Below the pieces are notes generated by a model. It worked only from the letters and a program-made list of their open reading frames with translations, did no database searches and had not been told where the DNA came from. A program made the translations under genes and the position numbers. DNA of 64,000 nt from a bacterium (GTDB taxonomy: Bacteria > SM23-31): assembly GCA_965249485.1 (NCBI GenBank), contig OZ252239.1, positions 864,001-928,000 of the forward strand. The letters run 5' to 3'. Shown one piece after another: positions 63,433 through 64,000 of this stretch (position 1 is its first letter; every line of letters begins with the position of its first letter).

Positions 63433-64000
63433 ATGGAAGAAGAAGTCATTAAATTTATTGAAGGTAAAGAGTGTCCTACATGTGGCGGAAATCATCTTTA
63501 CCTGATGAGGGACAATCGTTATAAATGTAGAGATTGTTTTTACAAATACAGTTTTACAAAGTTCAAAGATGATCTGACAATTTTGCACTATTTTTCTCTT
63601 GAGATCCCTGCTAATAAAGCTGCGAGGGATCTTGGTTTTGGATACAAGAAGGTACGAGGAAAATACATGCTTTACCGTCAAGAAATTTATGATTTTTTGA
63701 GCCAGGAATTTAAGAGACTTTCTGGAGAAATCGAATGTGACGAGAGTTATTTTGGCGGTAAGCGAAAAGGGATACGGGGTCGAGGAAGTGCTGGTACAAT
63801 AAAGGTTTTCGGCATGTTGGAGCGTCAAGGGAAGATATTTACTACGGTTGTTGATGATGTAACTGCCGAGACATTGATGAACGAGATCAGGGACAATTCT
63901 GAAAAAGGAAGTGTTTTCTATACTGATAAGTTTCGATCGTATAAATCGCTGAAGTTTTTTGGCAAACATCTTACTGTCGATCATAACAAATATTTTATTA
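63433..64000 (+). mobile_element. IS1595-family (ISXO2-like) transposase, truncated by the window end
   Basis: Open frame from ATG 63433: Zn ribbon CPTCG..CRDC, HTH, SGEIECDESYFGGKRKG.RGRG, VFGMLER, FYTD, VDH. Absent from the ORF track because there is no stop in the window. Confidence 0.92.

Noticed and set aside
63394..63984. 196 aa minus-strand ORF
   Set aside because: Antisense shadow of the IS1595 transposase.
1..64000. CRISPR array, tRNA, rRNA, prophage or defence genes
   Set aside because: No regularly spaced repeats, cloverleaf-like sequences, or phage or defence motifs were seen by eye; a short ncRNA could still be missed.

Overview
Bacterial chromosomal window with no rRNA, tRNA or CRISPR visible. 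Porins, TolC, OmpA, Tat substrates and many secreted peptidases point to a Gram-negative heterotroph; the taxon cannot be fixed from this alone. Positions 1-49.4 kb are an accessory, envelope-oriented region: a hexaheme cytochrome c, amidohydrolases, peptidases (three M24, one M20, one M61), an ECF sigma factor, a Tat-SOD, a DHOR-Rieske-porin operon, thyX, amt and a decayed RND efflux system, with about 10 point lesions and 2 apparent deletion-fusions. Positions 49.7-63.1 kb hold an intact branched-chain amino acid cluster (ilvD; ilvB-ilvN-ilvC-cimA-leuA-leuC-leuD-leuB; threonine dehydratase), followed by an IS1595-family transposase cut by the window edge. The ORF track misses or splits several features: (1) a secreted iodothyronine-deiodinase-like selenoprotein (GACT-U-PPY) directly upstream of the hexaheme cytochrome, (2) an ArsC-like UxxC selenoprotein with a SECIS-like hairpin, (3) a Leu/Ile-rich leader peptide with mutually exclusive helices before ilvB, (4) a 9-6-9 operator before the DHOR-Rieske-porin operon, (5) a probable internal second start in the Tat-SOD, and (6) a dispersed REP-like repeat. 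All family calls come from motif recognition by eye; no searches were run.
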